Assembly: GCA_013239625.1 (NCBI GenBank)
Contig: MU054187.1
Span: 23,250,795 to 23,314,794, forward strand
Source of the DNA: Lama guanicoe
Taxonomy: Eukaryota
Reading direction: 5' to 3'
DNA length: 64,000 nucleotides
In this document: positions 1 through 12,655 of the stretch, piece after piece
How the letters are laid out: each line of letters opens with the position of its first letter
How positions within the stretch are numbered: position 1 is the stretch's first letter
Translations under genes and position numbers: made by a program
Notes under the pieces: generated by a model
What the model was told of the DNA's origin: nothing
Database searches by the model: none
What the model saw: only the letters and a program-made list of their open reading frames with translations

Positions 1-99
1 ATCTTTCTCTCCTTCTCCTCCTCCTTCCCCTTTCTTTTCCTTCTTTTTTTCTCTCTTCCTTCTTACCTCTCCCCTTTTATTTCTTGATCTCCCATTCCC

Positions 100-700
100 A
101 TTATAATTTAGATGTTGAAACTCTACAGCTGTCTCTCTTATTTTTTTGTCTTTTATGTTTTATCATCTCTTTGTTTTCTAGTTCTACTTTCTCTGAGTTA
201 TCTTCACTTTATTTTCTAATATTTTGACAGATATTTTTAAATGTCTTTTATTTTCATTTTAATGAGTTGTATTTATTCTTTTCCAAATCTTTTTTTTAAT
301 AGCATCTGGTTTTTAAATTAAATATGTAGTATCTCCTGGTATCTGAGGATATAAATGATAATTTTTGAATGCTTTCTGCTCTCTGCATTGTTTCTATTTT
401 TTCCAATTTCCTTTTTCTTTGTTGGAATCTGTTTACTATTATTTTTTTTAATATTAGAAACTTTCGCTAATGAGGAATGATTCTTGATCCCCCATTTATG
501 TTTAAAGATAGAATACAAATATATTTCTTAGAAGTTTTTGCATTTGGGTGGAAGCTTTGAGGGAGTGAACTTTATTATATAATAATGAATCAAATACACG
601 CTTTTTATCAGGGGCTCACTGACACTAGCTACATGTTGTTTTTCTTGTGTTGGTCAGTTTTCCCAGAAAGGAATCCTCCAATCTCTAGATAACCATGGTT
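100..700 (-). mobile_element. Old, highly diverged L1 fragment (antisense)
   Basis: Very T-rich text typical of antisense old L1; no TSD or intact ORF; boundaries approximate. Confidence 0.35.
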
Positions 701-3099
701 GCTATGTTCTATGAATCAAGTAGAGAAGGGAGCCAGATGATCTTGGCTTCTCTGTGGAATTTTTAGTATGGCTTCTTCACACTTGACCATGCCTGTTGTC
801 TGTAGACACTGAATCCCTTTGATTCAGATTTTCTGGAGAAGGGAATAAGACAACTGAATAAAACAAAATGGCATACAGGAAATATTAAAACTTTTAGGAA
901 GATAATAACAGGTAAAAAAAGAAAGGCAAAGAGATCCACCAGACACATAATTGTACTGTCCAAAAAAGAAGTAAGTAAACATATAGACTAATACTGAATA
1001 TAATTATTTTAATATGGAATAAAGCATTACTACTAAGAAAATATTTAAGTGACACACTAAATGTTGGAGGGGTACTTGACTTAAAATGATCATCACAAAT
1101 ATATACTCATTTGATATCATATGAGACACTTACAGAAGGTTTTCCGTTTGTTGAATAAATGAGTAATTAAATGAACAAATGTAGACTAAAGATACAGAAT
1201 TTCATCACTGAATTCTATATAAAGCCTTTATATTGCAAAGGTAACTTAAATTTTTTGAGATTTTTTTATACCCATGACTTCATTTTTTGTATTTTATATT
1301 TATTTAACACAGCTTTCATTAACTAATGTATCATGAATATATAAACAAATATTTTAATATCATCAAAGATGTTGGGGGTAATATGGAGAGAGGAGTTTCT
1401 GCAAATAAATGGGACTACTGATAGTAAAACTCTCTTTTTGAAGGGCTAATATATCTTAAGTAGCAAAATATATTATACATATTATTAGGATGAGGAAATT
1501 GACAAAGTGAGCAAAAATCACTTGCTGTCATCAGAAATAAATGTAATGGTAAAAGTTATAGGAATATATGAAAAATAAAATTAGAAATGATTTCTAAGAG
1601 AGAGAAATGTTGAAAGCTTCAATGCAACATGATGTGAGCATAGGTTTTGTTATTTTTCTCTCGATCTGTATTTTTAAATTCTCACTTGGTTTCTGGCTTT
1701 GTCTGAGAAATAAAATCTTTTTACAAAACTTCCAAAAAAATTCTCTTGGTATTTTTAGCTGAATCAAAAACAGGAAATATCATTTTGTGGGAAAGTCTCC
1801 TGCCGAGACAGTATGAATTTTTAACTAATTTTGTAAATGTAGAGACTTTGCAGGGTCTGATTATCCCACTTTTGTGTATCTACAAACTTGACACAATGTT
1901 GCAAGAATAAAGAACTTCAACTATAATTATGATGTTTACATATACCAGCCACTAAAACTATATTATTGAAAATTCATCTTTCATTTAAAAAATTTTAAAT
2001 GACAAAATGACTTATAAATTTTATTTTCCAAAATAACTGTTATCCCAACAAAGTTTTCTAAAATAAATCTATTGATTTTATTGTTTATAATGTTAAAAAA
2101 AAAAGAAATCGTAGCAAAGCCAATTACTTCTAGAATGTTTTTAGAAAAAAAATATTAATTTTGCCACAACAAAAATAGATAAAATTTACTTCAGGTTAAG
2201 AATGCAACTTTAGAAAACAAATTATTGCATAGATAAATCTCTTGAAGTTTTAAGAATAAGATGCTGAATGTCATTTGTAACATTAATCTGGCTATGTGCT
2301 ATGTTGAAAAGATTTGGAATTTTGAACTTCTGAGTCTTAAAAAAATCTTTGTTATCAGATAAACACAAATTTTTGCTCCCCCCCAAAACCCCAAAACAGA
2401 TACACAGCATGCTTCTATTTTATTAGTTGTGTCTTTATACTTATCTTAAAATTGAGTCTGAAACCAAAATGATGAGGATTAATATAACTTAAAGTTACAA
2501 AACTAGCAACATATTTTATAAATTCACACAGTAATTAGATTTTTTTTTCTTGTAGATGATATGGGATCAATAAATGCAATGGCACTGTAATTAAGAACAG
2601 GGAATGGAGAATGTGGTAATCCAAGAGGTTTAGATGGAAGTACCCTCTTGGTTTACATTTTGATAGCACGAATGCCTAACTGGTCAGAGATTAGCATTGT
2701 CATCTTGATTTCACTTAGATGGTGAGAAGTGCTTCTGCTCTGGGGGTGCCCCAGATTAGCACAGCACTGTTATGTATCGTTTATATAATAAAAGTTTTCA
2801 TTTCTTTATGTAATTAGATTTTTTGGTGATTAAAACAATAAAGAAAAAATCAAGATGCTTCTATCCTCTTCTACTTATCTTGACATATTCAGAAATCTTT
2901 TATATTAATAACTTATCCCTTCCTGCACCAGTCTTGTATGAATTTTCCCAGGCCTAAAGTTATTTAAAATTTGATCTGATTTACATCTTAATTTCAAAGG
3001 GTAGACATATGAAATATTTGAGAGGAAACTCAGAGCTATCGCTAATATTCATAACTATAAGCTCTAAATAACAAATCTCAATCTTTCCTTTTTCATCTC

Positions 3100-3410
3100 T
3101 CACCAACTGCTTATCTGATGATTTCCTTGGTACCTCTCTATAAACATATTGCATTACCCTTTTGCCAGTTTCTATTTCTCAGGCTCTCTGCCCTCTTAAC
3201 TTTTGGTGTTCTTTGATGTTCCTTCACATTCCTCTATTCTCATTCCATTAAGTCTCAGCGACTTTATTTTTACTCAATTCTGGAACTAACATCTCTGTAT
3301 TGAAGGCTACCAAATACGCGTTCTCAATTCAACCCAAACCTCTGTCTAAAGATTAATTTTGTCTAGAAACTTTTAGCCAGATATTCTGCAGGTATCTCAA
3401 ACTTAATGCA
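3100..3410 (+). mobile_element. L2 LINE fragment
   Basis: L2-like motifs 'ccaactgcttatctga' and 'caggtatctcaaacttaa'. Confidence 0.45.
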
Positions 3411-4279
3411 ATATATCTACAAGATAAAAGGCAACACTTCTGCTATCATGGGAGACGGACACTACTTCAGACAAGGAGAATTTGAATGGCAGAAGTAGTT
3501 AAGTGAAGAAAGGACAATTTAATTACCTTATAAAATCCTACTTCAGAATATCCAAAAAAGTAGTGTTTTCCAGTATTGGCAAGTTATCTTTTTTCCCCAA
3601 AGATTCTGAGGAATTAGCATGGTATCTGCAACAGTACCATACGGAGAGTAGGGGATGGTCTCTCTGTAGATCTGGACAATTTGCATTGAAAATGATACCA
3701 ATTTTTGATGACAAATAGATGACTATAGCATGTTATAAATGCAGTAGTTTGCGTTTTATAGACATCTGTGATAATATCTAATTGAATTCTTAAAATTTTT
3801 CAGTTTTATTTTAATAATTTTATTTTAAAATTCAATATTTCATTAAATATACTTAGACTTTTAGTTGTAATAATTTTAGAAAAAATATTAAAAACATTTT
3901 TGCATTTATTTCAACTTCCTTTTTGATGAAGATTTATTCAAAGTGTACACATTTTTAGTGGAATTATATTTTATGTTCAATTATTTAAATCATTCAGTGA
4001 GTACAATTCAGTATCATGATAGCAACTGGAAGTACAAAAGCATAGCCCAGAAAAGGAACAAAATAAAAAGAAACAAGACATGAAAAATTTTTCTGGATAA
4101 GATATATTTTTCAAAGTAGGATCATAGGATGTATTTTTTCAATAGTTTGTTAGCTTGACTTATAACTTTTAAATATTTAAAAATATGGGCTGTTGTCCTC
4201 CACTGGTACTCTTTCCCTAGGCTCTAAAAACGTGAGGAGCAGACCTTCTCAAATTCTTTGTGTCCACAACCCAACGTAA

Positions 4280-4705
4280 TATCTTCTTCTAAATCTAATT
4301 TGCTTCAAATTTCTATAACTTGTCCTATGACACAACTCTTTACCCAATTATTTAAGCCAGAAACCAGTGTCACTCTAATTCTTCTTCACACCTAACATCT
4401 ACACACCCAGGTTTAATTTATTTTTTATCCCATTTAAAAAATATCTTTAGCATTGTCCCTTCCTCAGAGGTCTTTCCTGACAGCCTCTCCCACACTCCCA
4501 TCCAGTTAAGACCTAATTTCTTCCTTGTACTTATCTGTTTGGAATTATTATATGTATGTACTTCTATATCCATGATTAATCTCCACCCCTTCCCTGTAGG
4601 ATTGGCTCCAGGAAGGTGTATCTAGCTCATCACTGTATTTAGGGAGCTTAGGGTAGTATTTGGCATATGATAGCCACTCAGTAAATAACTTTTTAGTGAG
4701 CAAAT
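4280..4705 (+). mobile_element. L2 LINE 3' end
   Basis: 'taagccagaaacc', 'cagaggtctttcctgac' and terminal 'tggcatatgatagccactcagtaaata' resemble the L2 3' tail. Confidence 0.55.
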
Positions 4706-5830
4706 TTTCTGTGTTCACAGAGAATGTTGTCATCGGTTTTACAGATGCATTTAGAACATTTTTCACTTTTCAGAGTCACATTCTCTTCAATAACTAGATT
4801 TTCTTAGCTGCAGTGCTGATTAATGGGCCACCAAGTAAACTTAGGGTGACGAAAGATGCTTGAATTCTCTAAGAATTCTCCCCTCTTCTGACAATCTTCC
4901 GGACTTACTTCACTCTTAAAAAAGCACCGACTCTTTTAATAACATATGATTATTATTTTTCTTAATAGGCTTTTGTTCCTTCACATCTATTTCATTCTAA
5001 TAGATAATTTCTTATTAACAATCAGAAACCAAACTGTAAATCTGCAAATAAAAATGTTCTGTAGCCTCTCACCTGGCTTGCAAAATTATTTGAGCCACAT
5101 GATCAAAGTTGAATTTTCATTTGTGTATTTTAAACATTGGTGTTTCTTGACATTAATAAAATAAACATATTAGGTGAAAGGAAGTACAAGTTACTCATAT
5201 TAAACACAACCATGAAATTATATATTGATTAATGTATTTGGTTGTAGACATGAGTGTTGGAAGTGTTTCTTCAATTAGAATCTTTGTCAGAAGTCAGGGT
5301 TCTCAACATTTCCAGTGGAATTCCATTACATTTTTTTTATTCTTCTCTTTCCCATAGGGATAATACAGGCTTTTTTTTCCTCTCAATTCCTTGCTTTGGC
5401 TATATTATTTTAGTCTATGGAACAGATGGCTTTCAAATTATTGAGCCTGCTCTTGAGAAATGTCTTTGGAAATGCAAACTTTGTCAAGAAAACCTTTAAG
5501 CAATTTTTCATGGGGTTTTCATAGAATTAGTATATGAGACCTAGTTCTGAAAATGAATAACATGATTCATAACCAATATGGTATAAATTCAACTACATCT
5601 ATATTTTCTTTAATGAGTAAAATACTTTAAATGCAGTCAAGACTATTCTAATAGTAGATCAGTGAATATAAGTTAAACTTCAAAGTGAATTTAAATTAAT
5701 TCAGGGAAGTGGAAGAACCTGATGCTAATTCTCATTAAGAAGTCATTCACTTTCTTTTAGTTTCTGTCTGCTTTTGGAAATGATTTTGCAATGCCTACAT
5801 CTTAATATTGAACAAGTGTCCTCATGCCTG

Positions 5831-6330
5831 TGTCAACTGAAATAAATGCACAGCCTAAAAGTTGAGAATTATGTTTTATTTGGCTGACATGTCTGAGGAC
5901 TCAAACCCTTTTCGAACCTGGGATGACAGCCTCACAGGTTGCTCTGAGGGACTGCTCCCAAGAGGTAGGGGAAGAGCTAGGATATATAGGATCTTTACAA
6001 CAAAGACCAGGTAGTTAGAACATTTAAAGATTACTAGTTAACTAAAGAAACTCAGGTGTCTCAAGTTAAAAGAATTTAGCTCTTTTCTATGTATGGAAAG
6101 GAGCAAACATTTGAGCTCGCTGAATTCATTCCTTTGACAAGTACCTAGCTATCTAGGGCCATTATCCTGTCCTTTTTTGTTCTGAGTCCACTCAGAGTGC
6201 ACCATCGTGAGTGGCTGCAGAGGCCGGGCTGCAGGCCTGTCTTCACTGAGGAGTGGCGGCAGCCGCTGATGACTTGATGGCTTCAGCATTCTTTATTTAC
6301 TGATATGTTTTGCAATATTTTTCATTCACA
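5831..6330 (-). mobile_element. Solo LTR, ERV1-like
   Basis: Begins TGTCAAC, ends TTCACA; TTTATT near the left end (AATAAA on minus) and TATATA; ~500 bp; no clear TSD. Confidence 0.7.
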
Positions 6331-6651
6331 TCCGCACTTAACTCTCTTTTGGCTATGTCCCTCAACTTACACCAGTCATCTTTCTAAAACCTATTATTTT
6401 TTGTCACTGACTCCTGATCAAAATCTCCTGACTCCAGTGATGGCATCCAGGCATCCACAGAAGCCTTCACTGTTTGAGCCCAATCTGAGTTCACCCCCTG
6501 GTGAAACCTTTATGAGATCTTTCAGGCTTGGCTGTAGGCAATTTAAAAAAGGCTTTTTCTGACAGGCCGCATGGAAGAAGCCTGCCTCTCCACACCCAGT
6601 TTCGTGCATAGCCAATGCATTGTGGTTTCTGAAGGGTTAAGGGTATTGCAG

Positions 6652-7198
6652 GGTATGGGGAGCAAAATTTGCTTCTCCATAATGTGTCTCTTTGACATGA
6701 GGATGGGTGTAGTTTGATTAATTTAAGAAACAGAAGACTCAGGGAATATTTCTTTTTGCCTCCCCCTGAGTTGCCTAATGAGTTTAGGTAAAGGGCCTGT
6801 TCTGGGGATATAGCTAACATCAGAGATATTTGCAAAGACTATCCCAGGAATGATGGGAGGAACTCTTAGGGATCAGAGTCCACTTGTCTCTGCGTGGCCC
6901 AATGAACATTTATTGACCAAACATTTCTTTCTTAGCTCCATTTCAATTGTCTTTCTCCCTTTTGAAGTCCCAAACCACTAACCTCAACATTCTCCTATGT
7001 CTTTAGCTGAAGATGGTATTTAAGGTGAGAGCTTTGGCTATTTTGGTGATTAATTCATTTCTCCTGGGTCTCTTCCATACATACATGTCACTACACTTTT
7101 GTTTGAATTTCTCCTGTCAATCTATCCCATGTTAATTTAATTCTTAGACCAGCCAGAAGACTTTAGAAGGGTGGAGAGGAATTTCTTCCTCTCTGACA
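6652..7198 (+). mobile_element. Solo LTR, ERV1 (MER34-group-like)
   Basis: 5' 'ggggagcaaaatttgc...gtctctttgacatgagga', TATA-like 'gtatttaag', ends 'tttcttcctctctgaca'. Confidence 0.65.
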
Positions 7199-7524
7199 CA
7201 GTCAAGGACACAAGTCCTTCTGGTTAGTCATAGACTTTGCATATTTGCATTTTTTAGCCCAGATTTTTTCAACCCTATTGCTCTTTCTCTGAGGCCTTTG
7301 GCAGAGGTCTTTCTTAGGCTTCTTTGTCAAGGAAGGGGGAAACTTGAAGGCATTTTTTCCCCACTATGACTCAGCAGCCCAGGGTCAATACTGGAACCTT
7401 TGTTTTGGGATTTCCTCAACAGTCAGACAATGTCCATGTCCCCACTGATGCACCTGATTCTCTACTGGTGTTAGTTCAAAACCTTAGGAGCTTCCCAGCA
7501 TAAAATTTGAAACCAGCCTTCATA

Positions 7525-7897
7525 TACTGAGAGCAATGAGGGACTGAAGAAAGAGTCATATCCCTCCAGGTGGCAGGTGGCGGGTCTAGTAGGTAAGGGG
7601 ACGTTTACATAAAAGGCATGTCTTGGGCTTCATAAGATAAGTAGGAGATCTCGGTACCTGCCCACCAGAGTCTTAAGAGTTTCTATAGAGGTCTTAACTG
7701 GCTTCAGTCATGTGTACCTTCTCAATGGTCTAACAACACTTTACTCTCTCAAGGCTGTGACCTTGAAACAGCTCTCACTGTGGGAATGGCGGACAGAACA
7801 CACATCAAGGACAGGGGATGGGGGAAGAGCTCTGTTTGCCCAGGTCCAGCTTGGGGGTCTGTGGGTGGTCATGTCCTCACACTGACCTTCTCCTACA
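7525..7897 (-). mobile_element. Solo LTR of an old ERV (family not assigned)
   Basis: GC-richer ~370-bp block ending 'ctcctaca' (TGTAGGAG on minus), with LTR-like 'tttctatagagg'. Confidence 0.55.
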
Positions 7898-9164
7898 GGA
7901 AAAAGGAACAGGAAGAGTAGGCACTGTCTCCATATTAGACTCTTGCTTATATCATTGTAGTAAGTGCCTAAAAGCTTCACTCTGGGGCTTATTGCTTTAA
8001 TCTGCTACCCTGACCCCTGGCAGCTGAGCTCTCACCCAGCTCAGTCAAGCTCCTAGCACAATCTACCTCCATCCGGCTGCTCATCACTCTGGCTTCATGC
8101 ACCACTTCAGACTTTGGCTTGTCCCAGAACGTGTGCATGTCAGGGCTCAGACGACTTTCCCCTTGTCACTCTTTTCTTCTAATGTTCTTCCTACTTTGGA
8201 GTAACTGCCTCAAATGGTCATTTGAAATCTGATCTTTTCTGGCAGAATGAATTATCTCCTTAGTTTTCTCCTTACTTGGGTGGGTGAATGAGAAAATTAT
8301 CATTAAAATATTTTAAATTATAAAATTATGGAAGAAACATGGTTATGTCACAGTAGATCTAGAAAGGAAGAGGGAATACTAATTGTCTGGAAACTTTTGT
8401 TCTTATTCCCTCTTCCCAACATCACATAGGAAACATTTCTTATTGTTAATACATGGTCTTCAAAACCCTTGTTTTAACTACCTCATACTAATGTGTAGTG
8501 AACTATATACATTATATCATATGTAATATCATCTGCTTAGCTGTCTTGCTAAACATTTGTGGTCACTATTTTAGTTCTATCAACATGTTAGCATGGGAGA
8601 GCAGTAGCAGTGATGCACATACCTATGATGTAGAACTCAGGATACTGTTGTGAAAAATAAGGAATATCACATAGTGCCATATAGTGTGAATGGGTTAAAA
8701 AAAGAAAATGTCAAACATACCATATTATATAGGCATATTGGGCTATTATGATTTATCCTTCATAATCTTGGGTTTCTATGTAGACCAGCAGTTTTCAGGT
8801 ATTTCTTTCTCCTTTTGGAGATTTACAATGTCTTTTGGCTTTACTCCTCTATGAAAAAATGTATCAGGTTTTTGTTAAGAAAGTCCCTGGGAATCGCATC
8901 TTAACATTACAAAATTGACTACCTATCCTTCTCATTATTTGTTCTTATCCTTCAATGTTTGTTTCCTACACAAACACTCAGACATAACTCAGGAATAAAC
9001 AAAAATAAACAGTTATTTTGTTGGTGAAAATTCCCTTTAAAAGTTCCCTTTCGGCTACAAACAAAACTACCTTAAGGAGGAACTATTATGGGATGAAAAG
9101 CTTTGTCTCACAAACCATAATAAACCAAGGAACAAGAGAAAAATTGCTTCATTGTAAATAATAT

Positions 9165-9844
9165 TGATGCAGGAAAAATGGACGTGGGGCATTAGGAGGG
9201 CCATGTCCCAGGCTTCAGTTGAGCCCCTGGGACTTGCTCCACCAAGTGTGGGTCCTTGGCTTCATGCAGGAAAGAATTCAAGAGTGAGCCACCGTTGAGT
9301 AAAGGTAGATTTATTCAGAGAGATACATTGAGAGGCAAGAGAAAGGGCACAAGGTGTGGGGGTTGGGTGCTCAGATTAGAGTGAAAGTACACACTCCATA
9401 GACAGAGTGTGGGGCCATCTTCAAATAGAAGGGGAGTGAGAGAGAGAGAGAAAAGAGAGAGAGAGAGAGAAAAGAGAGAGAGAGAGAGAGAGGCGGCAGA
9501 CTCGAGGCACCATGTTGCTGGTTTTTATGGGCTTGGTGGCTTCATATGCTAATAAGTAGAAGGATCAGCCTAAGGGGAAGGGGCTGGGATTCCCAGAAAG
9601 TTGGCCATTTCCCACCCTTTGACTTTTTGTGGCTAGCCTTGGGACTGCCATGGTGCCTGTGGGCGTGTTATTCACCATGTTAATACATTACCATGAGCAT
9701 ATAATGAAGCTCAAGACCTGCTAGAAGTCAAATCTCCCACCATCTTGAGCCTCAAGGCCTCCTGGGGGTTGAATCTTTCACCATCTCAATGTTAATTGCT
9801 GTAGCATTCCTTGAATGGCTGTGCCCTGCCCCTTTCCTGTCTCA
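9165..9844 (-). mobile_element. Solo LTR, ERV1 (MER4/MER41-group-like)
   Basis: TG...CA termini flanked by a perfect 4-bp TSD ATAT (9161-9164, 9845-9848); 'gcaggaaagaattcaagagtgagcc' and TTTATT motifs. Confidence 0.85.
9438..9491. repeat. Interrupted (GA)n microsatellite inside the LTR
   Basis: GA runs broken by two AAAA interruptions, read directly. Confidence 0.95.
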
Positions 9845-10939
9845 ATATGACATAGTGCCCACAAAGTAAAACGCAGTCTTGTTGTTTTCTAAAAAGTATA
9901 AAAGAAAAAGGAAGAACTTTAACAATCGTCAGGAAAGACTGGTGTTCATCCTCTTAGTGATGAAGCCGACGCACACCTCCATCTTCCTGATGTGTGGGCT
10001 TTGACTTTATCAGAAGATAACTCATCGGCATGGCAAAGGTCGCCTATCTTTAAGTATGTGAAAGTTATTATATAAAAATGGTGGCTAGGAGAATGTGAAA
10101 GCAGTGGACCCATGTTATAGCAGGAGAAATTTATACTAGCTATAATAACTTATTCTTTTTCCCCCTTAAAAGGTCCTATGGAGGCTATGAAACGCAATTC
10201 TTTATAAAAATAAATCCGTGTAGGATACGTTTCCAACTATCCAAGATGGCATGGACACAGTCCTACCTAAACACAAGATAGACAGCTGGGTGACTCGTCA
10301 CTCCAGTCAGTCAACACCATTTTTTAAAAAAACTTAACAGCTTTGATTTAGTCTTTCTTTGAAAAACAAACAACAACAAAAAAGAGCAGAGTTTTGTTAA
10401 GATATCCAACTGGTGAAATGTTGTCAGAAATGAGGTTGGTGCATTATTCTGTTCTCTCAATGATGTGGTAAAATGTCCAGGTCCTATCTTTAGGTGATTC
10501 TTTTCATAGCAGTTGTGAGAATTGTACAAATGTCAAGCAACCACAGGCGAGACTGTGTTTAGGATTAATATTCTATGGAGAAGTAGGCTTTAGTCTTGCT
10601 GCTTTAAATGTTAGATATTTTTCAATTTAACATATAACCTTTTCTTTCTCATTTTCTGGTTATGGTCCGCTAGTTCTTCTGTTTGCTATTTTCAAACACA
10701 GGCTTGACTCAAACATCTTGCCCTCAACAGTTCAAACTGCTTTCACTACAACTCTCTTACAGAACAGAGACCGTTTGCAAGTGATTCAAGTTAGGTGACC
10801 TGCATGATGTCTGTCTGACCTGTGTATTCCAGTCCTGGGCTTCGTTTAGCTTTTGTCAAAGTTTCACAGTATTCATTTTTTTTTTCTTAGCCAAAATACC
10901 ATTTAAGATCCATGGAATAGAAAAGTAAAAATCACTCAC

Positions 10940-11200
10940 ATTGAGTTTGAGATGTGCAAATACTAGCTACTATCTATGAAATAAGTAAAAACAAATTTCT
11001 TCTGTACAGCACAGGGAACTATATTCAATATCTTGTAGTAACCTACAATGAAAAAGAATACGAAAACAATTGTATGTTATGTGTATGTACGACTGAAACA
11101 TTATGCTGTTCACCAGAAACTGACACATTATAACTGACTATGTGTCAATTAAAAATAAATAAATAAATAAATGCATGAAGAAAGAAAGAAAGAAAAGGAT
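10940..11200 (+). mobile_element. 5'-truncated L1 3' end (lineage-type) with A-rich tail
   Basis: 'ctgtacagcacagggaactatattcaatatcttgtagtaacc...caccagaaactgacacattataactgacta' followed by (TAAA)n/(GAAA)n. Confidence 0.85.
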
Positions 11201-11649
11201 AAAAAAATTATGTTCAAAACATTTCATTGTGCAGAAAGAAAAAAAAAATGGTATTGATGCTAATTGGTGCCTGAAAACTCAAAAGTGAATGAAGATTGAG
11301 AGGACTCTTAATTGTCAAGCCCCTTACCCATACTCCTCCAGTAGAAGTGGGGGAAGTGAGAATCCAGGGCACAGGGCACACATGCTCGGGTGCAGGAGCC
11401 CCGCTAACCCAGTGGCAGAGGGCGGGGGGGGGGGGCTCCCTACTGACCGAGCAGCACGATTTCCACTAGTGGGTATTAGGGCGGGCCGGTGGGGTAGACA
11501 GCAAACGGTTGCGTCCTGCTTTCCCCAAGCCTTTCTCTCCTGCTTTCCGTCTACTCATACCTTTATCATCATCACCATCACCTCCTAATGTTGACGTCTC
11601 CAAGGCAGGTAAGTGTGACAATGGGCAGCTCCTATATTCCAGCACCCAA

Positions 11650-11850
11650 AGGCCAGAGTTTGAATCTTTCTCGAGCACTGTCTACCTGTACAGATGTGGG
11701 TGAATTATTTCAACTGCCTAATGTTTTCTCATCTTAAAAAAAAAAAATGAGGGAACAATGCATACCTCCTAGAATGGTGGGCATATTTAAGTGCATTAAA
11801 GTGCCTAAGATTTGTAACTCAGCGTGAGCCACTGTTAGGTGTGAGATAAT
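11650..11850 (+). mobile_element. MIR SINE
   Basis: 'gagtttgaatct', core 'gttttctcatct...aaaatg' and 'taaagtgcctaa'. Confidence 0.5.
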
Positions 11851-11959
11851 GCTGGTTCCTTTGTCCCTGAAGGATACCAGTGGCTGTTCTTGCGAAGACA
11901 AAATGCCGTCTCTCTTCCCTGCAAAATTTTTTTCCATTTTATCAATCTAGTCACCTGGG

Positions 11960-12655
11960 ATGCCTTCCATCCTCTATTTTCGGGTCCTTTAATTTCATGC
12001 CTGAATTATTTCAATAGTCTCTTAACTTGTCTCTCATCTCCAGGTTCTCCCCCCCTTCTCTTGTTCGCTGTTGCCAAACTAATCTCTCTAAAGCGTCATT
12101 CTGACCCTGTCATTCTGCAGCTTTAAAATATCTAAAAACTTTCTCACAGACACAGGGAACATTCAGAACTGCTCACTGATGTGGCCGACCAGGTCTCACC
12201 CTATTGTGAACTAGCTTCCTTTTTTGGTTTCTTAATATCTGTTAAGTTCCAGGTGCTTGGCACGCATTTCCCCTAATCCTTACAACGATACGGCACGACA
12301 GCATTATTGTTCCCATTTTACCAATAGGAAATAAAGGATCAGACAGGTTTTAGGACTGGCCAGAATTCAACAGCTACGAGGTAGGGTTGTCTGAACTCAC
12401 GTCTGGGTTTCGTTTCCCTGTGGAGTCAGCACACCCTACCTCCCATGTGGTGTACCCCCCCCCACGTATACTGTCTAGATACTACATACCTGTATTTCAC
12501 GTGTCTAATTATTTGGTTACATGTTGATATTAGCTATGAGCTGTAGGCTCTTATCCTGGGGGATAAGCCTTCTCTTCTCAGTGTCTCTTAGCGCCTCCCA
12601 GGCATGAAAGGGAGACGAAGGAAGGAATGCACGTTGAATGAAGGGATTAATGAAT
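11960..12655 (+). mobile_element. L2 3' region interrupted by a MIR
   Basis: 'cctgaattatttcaatagtctcttaact', 'tctgaccctgtcattc' and terminal 'tgaatgaa...tgaatg'. Confidence 0.5.
12235..12410 (-). mobile_element. MIR SINE
   Basis: Antisense MIR core 'taatccttacaac...attattgttcccattttac...ggaaataaagg'. Confidence 0.6.

Noticed and set aside
9955..9992. C/D-box snoRNA (GTGATGA ... CTGA)
   Set aside because: Boxes only ~25 nt apart with no convincing terminal stem
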